This document shows positions 37,310 through 45,351 of a stretch of 64,000 nt of DNA, piece after piece (position 1 is the stretch's first letter; each line of letters opens with the position of its first letter). The notes beneath the pieces are model-generated. The model had not been told where the DNA came from. It searched no databases and worked only from the letters and a program-made list of their open reading frames with translations. A program made the position numbers and the translations under genes. This stretch comes from a virus (lineage: Duplodnaviria > Heunggongvirae > Uroviricota > Caudoviricetes), in the IMG/VR virus record IMGVR_UViG_3300028886_000029, positions 46,007 through 110,006 of that record; one strand, 5' to 3'.

Positions 37310-38071
37310 ATAACTAATGACGGTATAATCTATTGGGGGACACTGGGCACCGGTTTTACCAGAACTATTGAGTATAGTAAAGATAATGGCTCAACATGGA
37401 CATCCATAACTTCCACAAGAGGTGAAACACTTATACAAGTTGTTTCAGGTGACACCTTACAATTCCGTGGAAATAACGCAAATTATGCAACATATCCTTC
37501 AGGGGGAAAAAAAATATCATTTAACGGATTCATGAGTAGTACGGCAGGATTCAAAGTAAAAGGTAATATAATGTCGTTGATTAATAGTATTAATTTTGGT
37601 ACATTAACCACATTGGAAAATGCTTATACATTTTATGGATTATTTACTCATTGTACAGGTTTAACCGATGCAAGTGAACTACTGTTACCTGCAACAACAT
37701 TGACACAGAGTTGTTATGGTAGTATGTTCCAAGGTTGTGAAAGTTTAACTACAGCACCTTCGTTACCTGCAACTACATTAACAGAAGGCTGTTATTATGA
37801 AATGTTCATTGGTTGTACAAATCTAACCACAGCACCTGAATTACCTGCAACAACATTAACAGATTATTGTTATTATCAGATGTTCGAAGGTTGTACAAAT
37901 CTTAACTATATTAAATGTCTTGCAACTGATATATCAGCAAGTAATTGTACATATAATTGGGTAAATAGTGTAGCAAGTACAGGTACATTTGTTAAACACT
38001 CATCAATGGCATCTTGGACAACAGGTACAAGTGGTATTCCGACAGGTTGGACAGTACAGGATAATGTTTAG
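37310..38071 (+). CDS. Second tandem fibre-domain unit continuing in the same frame after TAG 37307-37309 (first ATG only at 37532); split gene, readthrough product or pseudogene
   Basis: Frame is open from 37310. ITNDGIIYWGTLGTGFTRTIEYSKDNGSTWTSITS... aligns to the N-terminal part of the paralog domain (PLTFEITGGGNIVWNARNTALTKTIEYSKDNGATWTSITS). The TAG sits at the conserved Glu of PLTF-E-ITG. Confidence 0.5.
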   Translation: MTNDGIIYWGTLGTGFTRTIEYSKDNGSTWTSITSTRGETLIQVVSGDTLQFRGNNANYATYPSGGKKISFNGFMSSTAGFKVKGNIMSLINSINFGTLTTLENAYTFYGLFTHCTGLTDASELLLPATTLTQSCYGSMFQGCESLTTAPSLPATTLTEGCYYEMFIGCTNLTTAPELPATTLTDYCYYQMFEGCTNLNYIKCLATDISASNCTYNWVNSVASTGTFVKHSSMASWTTGTSGIPTGWTVQDNV

Positions 38072-38097
38072 GTTAACAAACAATAAAAGACAAAAAA

Positions 38098-38135
38098 AGA
38101 GAGATAGGTATCTATCTCTCTTTTTCTTTTCTTTT
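38098..38135. terminator. Bidirectional terminator
   Basis: AGAGAGATAGGTATCTATCTCTCT palindrome followed by TTTTTCTTTTCTTTT. Confidence 0.6.
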
Positions 38136-38847
38136 AGATTTCAAATTCAAGTGGCAGATATTTTGGCTTATAATGTTCATCAATATATGAGACATTTGCC
38201 ATCATAGTGCCATTGACATCCTCAAAGTTATGGTTTCCACTATGGATATGGCCGCTGAAAAAATATTTCGGTTTTCGTTGTTTTATGTACTCATCAAGCA
38301 CCTCATTTCCAGCGTCATAACCATTGTTCCAACCTTGGTTAATGGTTCCCAATCCATTTATTGATGGGGAGTCATGTGAAATCACAATATCACAATCGTA
38401 AGGCATTTCGTTATAATAATATCCAAGTTGCTCATCATTAACCATGAAAGCCCAATTACCGAATATTTTACAATACGGTGTCCCAAATATTTTTAGTGTC
38501 TCAATACCGTTATCGGTCAGATACTCATAATCGTATGTGTTATTGTTCAATATAACAACCCTGTTTTTTGTTTTTTCGTTGAATATATGCAAATCCTCCT
38601 CATGAAGTCTTTTGCCAACGTAATCATGGTTACCCCAAATCATCACAACTTTACTCCATTCGTTTTTAAATGGAAGTGTGTTTATCCAATCAGCGAAATC
38701 AGTTTTAAACCACTCTGATTGAAATGAGTAGTAATGACTATGTGCTGGACAATTATCACCACATATAAGAAACAAATCAAATGGTGATATAATCACCGGT
38801 AAATTTCCGTGTAAATCACTGGTAACGATTACCTTTAATTTTCCCAT
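38134..38847 (-). CDS. Calcineurin-like metallophosphoesterase (second copy of the family in this window)
   Basis: TSDLHGN (DxH), CGDN (GD), WGNHD, ISHDSP, SGHIHSG (GHxH). Confidence 0.75.
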   Translation of the reverse strand: MGKLKVIVTSDLHGNLPVIISPFDLFLICGDNCPAHSHYYSFQSEWFKTDFADWINTLPFKNEWSKVVMIWGNHDYVGKRLHEEDLHIFNEKTKNRVVILNNNTYDYEYLTDNGIETLKIFGTPYCKIFGNWAFMVNDEQLGYYYNEMPYDCDIVISHDSPSINGLGTINQGWNNGYDAGNEVLDEYIKQRKPKYFFSGHIHSGNHNFEDVNGTMMANVSYIDEHYKPKYLPLEFEI

Positions 38848-38980
38848 ATACTAATATTTTTTTTTCTTTATACTTTTTTAGGGAATGATATACTTGTTTG
38901 CACAAGATTTACTATCTTAACGTTTACTTTCGATTCCGTTCATAGCCCCACTTCCCGATGGGGATTCCATTTATTTATTA
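38848..38980. ncRNA. Putative guide-RNA scaffold (tracrRNA/omegaRNA-like) region at the 3' end of the TnpB/Cas12f-like gene
   Basis: GC hairpin CCCCACTTCCCGATGGGG (38946-38963) immediately followed by ATTCCATTTATTTATT (38964-38979), which is complementary to the ATAAATTAAATGGAAT part of the CRISPR repeat. Overlaps the gene's stop codon. Strand and extent unknown. Confidence 0.3.
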
Positions 38981-40131
38981 TTAATTTCTTCTATTTTTTG
39001 TTCAATGCCAATTAATGCCTGTGGATGTAACCCCATGTTCTTAATATTAATTGCTGCATTTACATCTCTATCATGATGTTCACCACATATTGGACATATC
39101 CATTCTCTATCAGATAACTTCAGTTCCTTGTCAATGTATCCACATTTGTTACATGTCTTACTACTTGGTTCATATCTACCAATGAATACAATGTTCTTTC
39201 CACACCATTCACACTTGTATGTCAATTGTCTAACAAATTCATTCCATGCAACACTATTTATACTCTTTGCAAGATTATGATTCTGTGTCATACCAGTAAT
39301 GTTAAGATTCTCCATACAAAATGTGTCATATTCACCATTAATCAACATGGTTGTTAACTTATGAAGAAAATCATTTCTTCTGTTAGCAATTTTTCTATGT
39401 AACTTTGCTACATATAATTTTGCTTTTTCATGACGTTTACTATTTTTTTGTGTTCTGGAAAGCCATTGTTGTGCTTTTGCTAACTGTTGTTGTTTTGCTT
39501 CAAGATACTTAGGATTTCCGTACTTTGTACCGTCAGATAGAATTGCATAATCTTTAACACCTAAGTCAATGCCAACAGTTTTTTCCTCACATATCTTGGT
39601 TTTCGATACGTTTGGTTTATTGTCATCAACTACTATGGTACACCAATAATCACCACATTTATCTTTTGTAACAGTTAAAGTACCCAATTTTACTGTGTTT
39701 ACATCAAATTCGCAATTTTTAAGAAATTTAACTTTACCTATACATGGCACTGATACTCTCATGGTTTCAAAATCAAAGTGAACAGCAGCAATGTATTTAA
39801 CAGAATCAACACTATTTTTCTTTGATTTAAATTTAGGAAAGCCTTTTTTTGCTTTAAAGAATCTGGTATAGGCATTATCAAGGTTTCTAAGTGATTGTTG
39901 TAGACAAACGTTAGCACATTGTTTCAGCCAATCATGTTCACCGTCTTTTTTAAGTAAAGTAAGTTCTTTGGCCAGTTGTATATATGTAACATTTTTATGT
40001 TCCTTTTCCCAGGTTTCTTTTTTACGATTAAGTCCCCAATTATAGATAAAGCGAGCATTACCAAAGGCTTGTGAAAACAATTTTTGTTGTTTCACAGTTG
40101 GTTTAAGTTTATATTTATATGCTCTTGTCAT
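38971..40131 (-). CDS. TnpB / Cas12f-like RuvC-fold RNA-guided endonuclease candidate (IS605 OrfB family), 386 aa
   Basis: N-terminal MTRAYKYKLKPTVKQQKLFSQAFGNARFIYNWGL (TnpB hallmark). RuvC-I GIDLGVKDYAILSDG, RuvC-II TFCMENLNITGM, zinc finger CNKCGYIDKELKLSDREWICPICGEHH, RuvC-III DRDVNAAINI. Catalytic D/E/D all present. Confidence 0.75.
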   Translation of the reverse strand: MTRAYKYKLKPTVKQQKLFSQAFGNARFIYNWGLNRKKETWEKEHKNVTYIQLAKELTLLKKDGEHDWLKQCANVCLQQSLRNLDNAYTRFFKAKKGFPKFKSKKNSVDSVKYIAAVHFDFETMRVSVPCIGKVKFLKNCEFDVNTVKLGTLTVTKDKCGDYWCTIVVDDNKPNVSKTKICEEKTVGIDLGVKDYAILSDGTKYGNPKYLEAKQQQLAKAQQWLSRTQKNSKRHEKAKLYVAKLHRKIANRRNDFLHKLTTMLINGEYDTFCMENLNITGMTQNHNLAKSINSVAWNEFVRQLTYKCEWCGKNIVFIGRYEPSSKTCNKCGYIDKELKLSDREWICPICGEHHDRDVNAAINIKNMGLHPQALIGIEQKIEEINNK

Positions 40132-40170
40132 AAGATGAATAGATTTTTATTTTTTCTATTTATAAATAGT

Positions 40171-40333
40171 TTATTAATGTAAAAAAGTAAATAAAATTAC
40201 AACTTCTGTTCTTGTCAAGATGCCTCATGGCAGATGTTAGTCAACCATAAATTAAATGGAATTACAACCTGTCAGGCTTTTTAGGTTTGTTAGACTAGGT
40301 GTTAGTCAACCATAAATTAAATGGAATTACAAC
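40171..40333. CRISPR. Mini CRISPR-like array: degenerate repeat (40171-40203), spacer 1 (40204-40235), repeat (40236-40268), spacer 2 (40269-40300), repeat (40301-40333)
   Basis: Two identical 33-bp repeats GTTAGTCAACCATAAATTAAATGGAATTACAAC separated by a unique 32-bp spacer and preceded by another 32-bp unique segment plus a degenerate repeat (3' 22 nt 18/22 identical). Lies 40 bp from the TnpB/Cas12f-like gene start. A possible third spacer and a decayed repeat follow (40334-40398). Confidence 0.55.
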
Positions 40334-40398
40334 TTTCTCGTTCTATCAAATTGATTTTCCGAGCATTAACCCACACACCAATGGGTAATATTTCTTAT

Positions 40399-40857
40399 TT
40401 AGTATAAACAAGTATATTTTTTTATCCATTCCTCTTGGTTAGGATACCACTCAGGATATTTTTTGATATTTTCAATTATTCCGTCAAGTATTTTTTCATC
40501 CACATCAAGTGTACCACCTTGCCACCAGTTTTGTATATTCATGCTGAACCATCCCCCATCCCTTGTCCTCACGAACCAAAGGTTATTCTCATCATATTTT
40601 GGACATGAACACTCAACGAAATAATCTGTCTCTTTGGCATATAGCCAATCATGTTCAGGCATTTCTGACTCAAGCCAATGGTCATACAATGTTGTCTCTA
40701 TTGTCAGGTCATCATCATAAGGAACATTAACCATAATGTTTTTCGCCTCATCAGGTGTGATGACCCTTTCACATTTACAAATGTAATGTCTTGAGGGTGA
40801 TGACTTACCATCGTCCCAAAAATAATAATATTTTCCGATTTCAGGTATTGTTTCCAT
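40399..40857 (-). CDS. Hypothetical protein
   Basis: 152-aa ORF. Confidence 0.45.
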   Translation of the reverse strand: METIPEIGKYYYFWDDGKSSPSRHYICKCERVITPDEAKNIMVNVPYDDDLTIETTLYDHWLESEMPEHDWLYAKETDYFVECSCPKYDENNLWFVRTRDGGWFSMNIQNWWQGGTLDVDEKILDGIIENIKKYPEWYPNQEEWIKKYTCLY

Positions 40858-40868
40858 ATATTTTATTT

Positions 40869-41270
40869 TTAAATCTCATAAAGAAAAGGGTGTTCTCTGT
40901 CTGGTAATTCAGGCCAATGTTCTTTAGATGCTTCTTCGGTATTTTCAACCAATTTGATAATACTCATATTAGAATCGGTACAAGGGCACCATACACCATA
41001 AGGAATACTACCTTTAATTCCATCAGCACCAACAGTGAATTCATCTACATCAGTAAGATTATGTTCCTTACAAAAATTGATTACAAGGTTAACTATTTGC
41101 TCATGCAAATCAGAAAACGCGTCATGAAGTTCAGGGTCACGATTAGTTTCTGTTTCAAAAACAGCCTCATAATAATCCCTACTTCCAACCCAAATCTCAG
41201 GTTTAGTATCGTCATACTTGGGATATTTCTCAAGGAGTTTCTTCTCTTCTTCTGTCAGTTTCTTATACAT
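40869..41270 (-). CDS. Hypothetical protein
   Basis: 133-aa ORF. Confidence 0.45.
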   Translation of the reverse strand: MYKKLTEEEKKLLEKYPKYDDTKPEIWVGSRDYYEAVFETETNRDPELHDAFSDLHEQIVNLVINFCKEHNLTDVDEFTVGADGIKGSIPYGVWCPCTDSNMSIIKLVENTEEASKEHWPELPDREHPFLYEI

Positions 41271-41282
41271 TTTAGCGTTGTT

Positions 41283-41591
41283 TTAATAAACCACCTTATT
41301 TCTTTTTTTATACCTTACCTCAGACAAAATATATTCTCTTCTCAACTCATTACAATAATCTTTGGCTTTGTTAAGGTTGTTACCGAAAAATATTGTCTCT
41401 TCCGCATACTGTCTTCCACTGTCATCAATCACATTTCTTGCCACATAGTATCCATTTGGCTTTTTCCAAATTTGTATGTTTTTAATGGCTTCTTCTCTAA
41501 ACTGTTTGTACCATTTGGGATTAAGAGACCTTACACCATAATGCACACCGCGATTGTCAACAAAAAAAGTTTTTTTTCTATAATTATCCAT
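41283..41591 (-). CDS. Hypothetical protein
   Basis: 102-aa ORF. Confidence 0.4.
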   Translation of the reverse strand: MDNYRKKTFFVDNRGVHYGVRSLNPKWYKQFREEAIKNIQIWKKPNGYYVARNVIDDSGRQYAEETIFFGNNLNKAKDYCNELRREYILSEVRYKKRNKVVY

Positions 41592-41592
41592 A

Positions 41593-42273
41593 TTAAAAAT
41601 TTTTGTATTTTTTTACAATTTCATCAATCTTTTCTTGGGTAAATTCTTCCGGTTTATAAGAATCGTATAAAGAAAATTCAGACTTAAGAAGACTAACTTC
41701 CATTTCGACTTTATCAATCTCCTTATTAATCCTGTCAATTTCTTTCCTTCTCATTTCGTTTTTCTGATTCACATAATCCTTCAAATTGACTATACCTCTT
41801 TTTGGTAAAAAATCTTTTGAGGGATTATCCATAAACTGAAGAAGATTTTCAAGGCATACAATTGATTTACCAATAACTTCATTGAACGAAACACGAACTG
41901 TTTTAATCAGAACAGTTTTATGATTTCCAAGTTCCCATGTTGGAACATTACAATAGTTTGGCCAGTGGTAATCCTCCTCTCCAATATACGGTTTTCCAAC
42001 CACAATATTAAGACACTTGTCACTCCCATCATCACTATCAATAAGTGTGCCAATTGGAAAAAGTTTCGTACATCTATCTAATTTTTCCTTAAGTTCCTTT
42101 TCCCTGTTTTTTACAACAATATTGTGTTGTTCTTTTTCCACATTTTGCAGTTCTTTTTTAAGTTTGTCCTCATCATACAGTTCAAGTGCCGCTTTTCTAT
42201 AGTCACCACCTTTAGAGTACCAAATCACCGCTTTCTTAAAAACATCCTCTTTGTTTTTCATATGTTTTTTCAT
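41593..42273 (-). CDS. Hypothetical protein
   Basis: 226-aa ORF. Confidence 0.45.
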   Translation of the reverse strand: MKKHMKNKEDVFKKAVIWYSKGGDYRKAALELYDEDKLKKELQNVEKEQHNIVVKNREKELKEKLDRCTKLFPIGTLIDSDDGSDKCLNIVVGKPYIGEEDYHWPNYCNVPTWELGNHKTVLIKTVRVSFNEVIGKSIVCLENLLQFMDNPSKDFLPKRGIVNLKDYVNQKNEMRRKEIDRINKEIDKVEMEVSLLKSEFSLYDSYKPEEFTQEKIDEIVKKYKNF

Positions 42274-42927
42274 TTAAAATTGGGGTACATCTTTCCTGTC
42301 ATCATAGTAGCCTTCATCACCAACCAAAGGAGACAACGCACCATGCAGATATGGAAAGATTTCAGGTTTAAACAAAAGGCAATTTGCAAACATCACAGCC
42401 ATACCACCACTGTTACCACTGTGTCCCTCGTCCCACTCATTGTACCCATCGTTTTTCATCTTTTTAACAAACGTAAACGCGTCAACATAATCACCGTTAC
42501 TGCCCTTGGCATACCTGTCCCAAGCATAATCCAAATCCACACCAAGTTCATCTGGTAAATCCTCACTAAGTTCATTAAACTTTTTGAGAATAAAATTGGC
42601 GATACTTTCCGCTTGGTTAATTACGGCCATTTCATAATGATACAAACCGCCACTATATCTTGGCCTGATGTTTTCAAGCGCGTCTAACTCATCAATTGAT
42701 TCGCATGGGTCATCGTCATACTTACAGTCAAGGTAATCCTCAAATGAACCAAAACCATGGTTTTTGGCGGCTTCATTAGCCTTTACCAACCACCCCTCAT
42801 TTTCTTCATTGAATTTCTTTTTGAGAATATCATCACTGTCCTCAAATGAATAACCAACAGCGGTGTTCCAAAGATTGTTAAATCTATCAATCCTTTTCCT
42901 AATTATTTCCTTAAAATTATTTTCCAT
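42274..42927 (-). CDS. Hypothetical protein
   Basis: 217-aa ORF, abuts the upstream gene. Confidence 0.45.
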   Translation of the reverse strand: MENNFKEIIRKRIDRFNNLWNTAVGYSFEDSDDILKKKFNEENEGWLVKANEAAKNHGFGSFEDYLDCKYDDDPCESIDELDALENIRPRYSGGLYHYEMAVINQAESIANFILKKFNELSEDLPDELGVDLDYAWDRYAKGSNGDYVDAFTFVKKMKNDGYNEWDEGHSGNSGGMAVMFANCLLFKPEIFPYLHGALSPLVGDEGYYDDRKDVPQF

Positions 42928-42931
42928 GTTT

Positions 42932-43792
42932 TTATGCTGTTTTCAAATAAGTATTAGCCAAAGCAAACATATCGGTATTAAGATTTATGTCCTTAATAGG
43001 ACTGGTAATCACCCTCATTTTTCTTGCCTTAGAATTGTCGTCCTTGGCATATGAGAACCCACCTTTCATCACCTTCTCTTGCAGGATATTAAACACATTC
43101 CACAATGAGTTCCCCTCATCTTCTTTACGGACAGGTGTGAGAATATCACGAATAGTGTTACTGCTTATTTCAAGCGTCTTCTCAAAAGGAACATTCTTTC
43201 TGAGTTTAACTATCTTTGTAGCAAAATCAATCTTCTGCTCTTCAGACAAATTTGTCATTCTCATGGCGTTAATAACATTAATCTTATTGGGAAGTTCATC
43301 AATCATCTTAATGACAACAGTCCTTAGTTCCTCAAACTCATAGTTAATATGTCTAATTGACAGTTTGGCAAACTCAGCGTCAGCAATGATGAGTCCATTG
43401 CCACAAATAACGCGATAGATGCCGCACATAAACTTAAAACTATTGAAACCGTCATGACTGTTTTGAAGAATGATTCTTGGAAACGCCTCTACATTATTTG
43501 TCTTGTCGTTCAAAATCTTGATGTTCGGATTCTGAAACGCAATCATATGGAAAGATTTAATTCCGCTTGAATTCTTTTTTGTCTTGCACTGCTTAGCCTC
43601 AACAGGATACCAACCAAGTTTCTCCATGTCATTGACAACATCAATTGTTGTGGCCATAGTGTACCTGTTAGAAACATTTGGGTTGGTCGGTTCGGTCATG
43701 AACGCATAAGGACATTTAGCCCTAAGCTCATCATTGGAAAGAAAATGTGTACTGATGTCATTTGACCTGAAAGAAATTATTGTGTCCGTCAT
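42932..43792 (-). CDS. DUF932 (phage/plasmid-related) family protein
   Basis: ...FRSNDIS...ILQNSHDGFNSFKFMCGIYRVICGNGLI... matches the DUF932 core (ILxNSHDGSxAF...G.FRxVCxNG). Confidence 0.6.
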   Translation of the reverse strand: MTDTIISFRSNDISTHFLSNDELRAKCPYAFMTEPTNPNVSNRYTMATTIDVVNDMEKLGWYPVEAKQCKTKKNSSGIKSFHMIAFQNPNIKILNDKTNNVEAFPRIILQNSHDGFNSFKFMCGIYRVICGNGLIIADAEFAKLSIRHINYEFEELRTVVIKMIDELPNKINVINAMRMTNLSEEQKIDFATKIVKLRKNVPFEKTLEISSNTIRDILTPVRKEDEGNSLWNVFNILQEKVMKGGFSYAKDDNSKARKMRVITSPIKDINLNTDMFALANTYLKTA

Positions 43793-43843
43793 AATAAAAT
43801 AAAATTTATAAAAACAAAAATTTAAAATTACATCTTTTTATCT

Positions 43844-43860
43844 TACAACAACCGTGCCAA
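43844..43860 (-). promoter_or_regulatory. Sigma-54-like motif TTGGCACG-GTTG-TTGTA upstream of 42932..43792
   Basis: Minus strand reads TTTTGGCACGGTTGTTGTAAGAT, 52 nt upstream of the ATG; -24/-12 spacing as in TGGCACG-N4-TTGCW. Confidence 0.4.
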
Positions 43861-43863
43861 AAA

Positions 43864-44565
43864 TTAAAAATTTTGAATAAAATCATAAATTTTTTCCAAA
43901 GTTCCGCTCCACCTCATCCATTGTCTTGCGTTTTTTTCCAAAACCATCAGGTTTTCGTTCATATATATACGCTTATTAACCTCAATCATTACAGAACAAT
44001 ATGAGAAATTTTTTTCAGGTGTAATGGAATTAGAATAAGGTATATTTTCCTCAACTGAATAACCTTGCTTTTTAAATTTTTTTACAATACCATCAACAAG
44101 TTTCTTGTTATATGACCAGTCTTCATTATACCCAATGCAAATGTCATTGTTAGCCAAGTAACTTGGAAAAGAGTGACAATCAATAAGAACTGTATTTTCG
44201 TCCTTAATCGCTGTCTGAAGATTTGCCTGGTGTTCTTCCCAAAGTTCCATTATGTTTTTCTTTTGTTCTTCAGTCAAGTTACGTTTATAACCGTCAAATT
44301 CGGTATATATAATGCCCTGACCAATATTTTCCAAAGGGTCATTCTTAAGTTTTTCGACATCACAAACAAAGCGTGAGTAAGGAAAAACAATGGTTTCCAC
44401 GTTTTCTTTTCTTGACAGAGGGTTAAACAGCATATCAGTATACCAATCTGTCCATTTCTTAAGACAATCATCCATAAAATATGGGTTACATTGCCATTTA
44501 CCAAAGTTCTTGTCATACACACCGTTAATTGAACTATGTGGTATGTTCAAAACAATATTTCTCAT
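43864..44565 (-). CDS. N-formylglutamate amidohydrolase (FGase)-family protein
   Basis: LNIPHSSINGV at the N-terminus and VLIDCHSFPS resemble the FGase-family signatures (hIPHsG..iP, vDlHSm). Confidence 0.5.
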   Translation of the reverse strand: MRNIVLNIPHSSINGVYDKNFGKWQCNPYFMDDCLKKWTDWYTDMLFNPLSRKENVETIVFPYSRFVCDVEKLKNDPLENIGQGIIYTEFDGYKRNLTEEQKKNIMELWEEHQANLQTAIKDENTVLIDCHSFPSYLANNDICIGYNEDWSYNKKLVDGIVKKFKKQGYSVEENIPYSNSITPEKNFSYCSVMIEVNKRIYMNENLMVLEKNARQWMRWSGTLEKIYDFIQNF

Positions 44566-44571
44566 GTTATA

Positions 44572-45312
44572 TTATTTAAATTTACTACCAATTCTATCAT
44601 CAAATTTTTTTCTATATGCTCTTTGCGGGTTATTATATTTCGCTCTATGTCTTGACAATTCCAAACCTTCCACATCAGGACCTTTTCCATTTTGGAAATT
44701 TGATTTGTCTAACTGCCATTCTTCGTCAGCAGGTTGAAATTCAGGATTAAACTCATCATGCCATGTTTGTTTATTGAAACCGTTTCTCCTATATAGATTT
44801 CCAAGTTTGCCATGTCCTTCAGGGTCTTTTTCAGATGGAAAGCCCCTATAGTTGTCCATTTGTGTCGCACCTTGGTTTTTGGCAAATTGCAGAACCAAAT
44901 CACCAATTCCTTTTAAATCGGAGTTGTTAACAAAATTACACAAATCAATTTTTCCTGGTTCTATGTAATGTAAAGCAAAAGCGACATTATGTCCTTTCAA
45001 TGTGTATGTTATCCAATCATTACCTTTAATCTCATCTAAACCATGATATGTGAGATAACCTTTATATTTTTTAGGTGTCATATTAACAATTGAAAGAAAT
45101 CTCTCATAATTGTTCTTTTCCCAATTTTTAGATTTTAATATCCAGTTACTTTCTTCGTTTATTTGTGTGGATTTATTGTTTTGGTAAGTAATGGTGGAAA
45201 TTTTATCAAAAGTTAATTTCACAAAACAACCGCTATTTTCTTTTAAAATTTTCGCTAAAGAATCTGTAATTATTTTGTTTAATTGTTTTTCTGTTAGTAT
45301 AATGCGTTGCAT
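44572..45312 (-). CDS. Hypothetical protein with shared N-terminal motif (TEKQLNKIITDSLAKILKEN); possible GNAT-like C-terminal region
   Basis: KGIGDLVLQFAKNQGATQM...NLYRRNGF loosely resembles the GNAT motif A/B. Confidence 0.4.
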   Translation of the reverse strand: MQRIILTEKQLNKIITDSLAKILKENSGCFVKLTFDKISTITYQNNKSTQINEESNWILKSKNWEKNNYERFLSIVNMTPKKYKGYLTYHGLDEIKGNDWITYTLKGHNVAFALHYIEPGKIDLCNFVNNSDLKGIGDLVLQFAKNQGATQMDNYRGFPSEKDPEGHGKLGNLYRRNGFNKQTWHDEFNPEFQPADEEWQLDKSNFQNGKGPDVEGLELSRHRAKYNNPQRAYRKKFDDRIGSKFK

Positions 45313-45351
45313 TGTTTCGGTTTTTTTGTCGCTTATTTTTTAATAAATAGT

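Noticed and set aside
36035-38071. Global reassignment of TAG (e.g. TAG to Gln as in some crAss-like phages)
   Set aside because: TAG terminates several well-delimited genes here (16705, 37307 itself, 53783, 54495) with properly placed downstream starts. A genome-wide recoding is therefore not supported, and only the single site is flagged.
38971-40398. Calling the TnpB region a complete IS605/IS1341-family insertion sequence
   Set aside because: No tnpA (Y1 transposase) and no recognisable LE/RE subterminal hairpin pair or target duplication could be identified by eye. The adjacent sequence has repeat-spacer architecture instead, so mobility is unproven.
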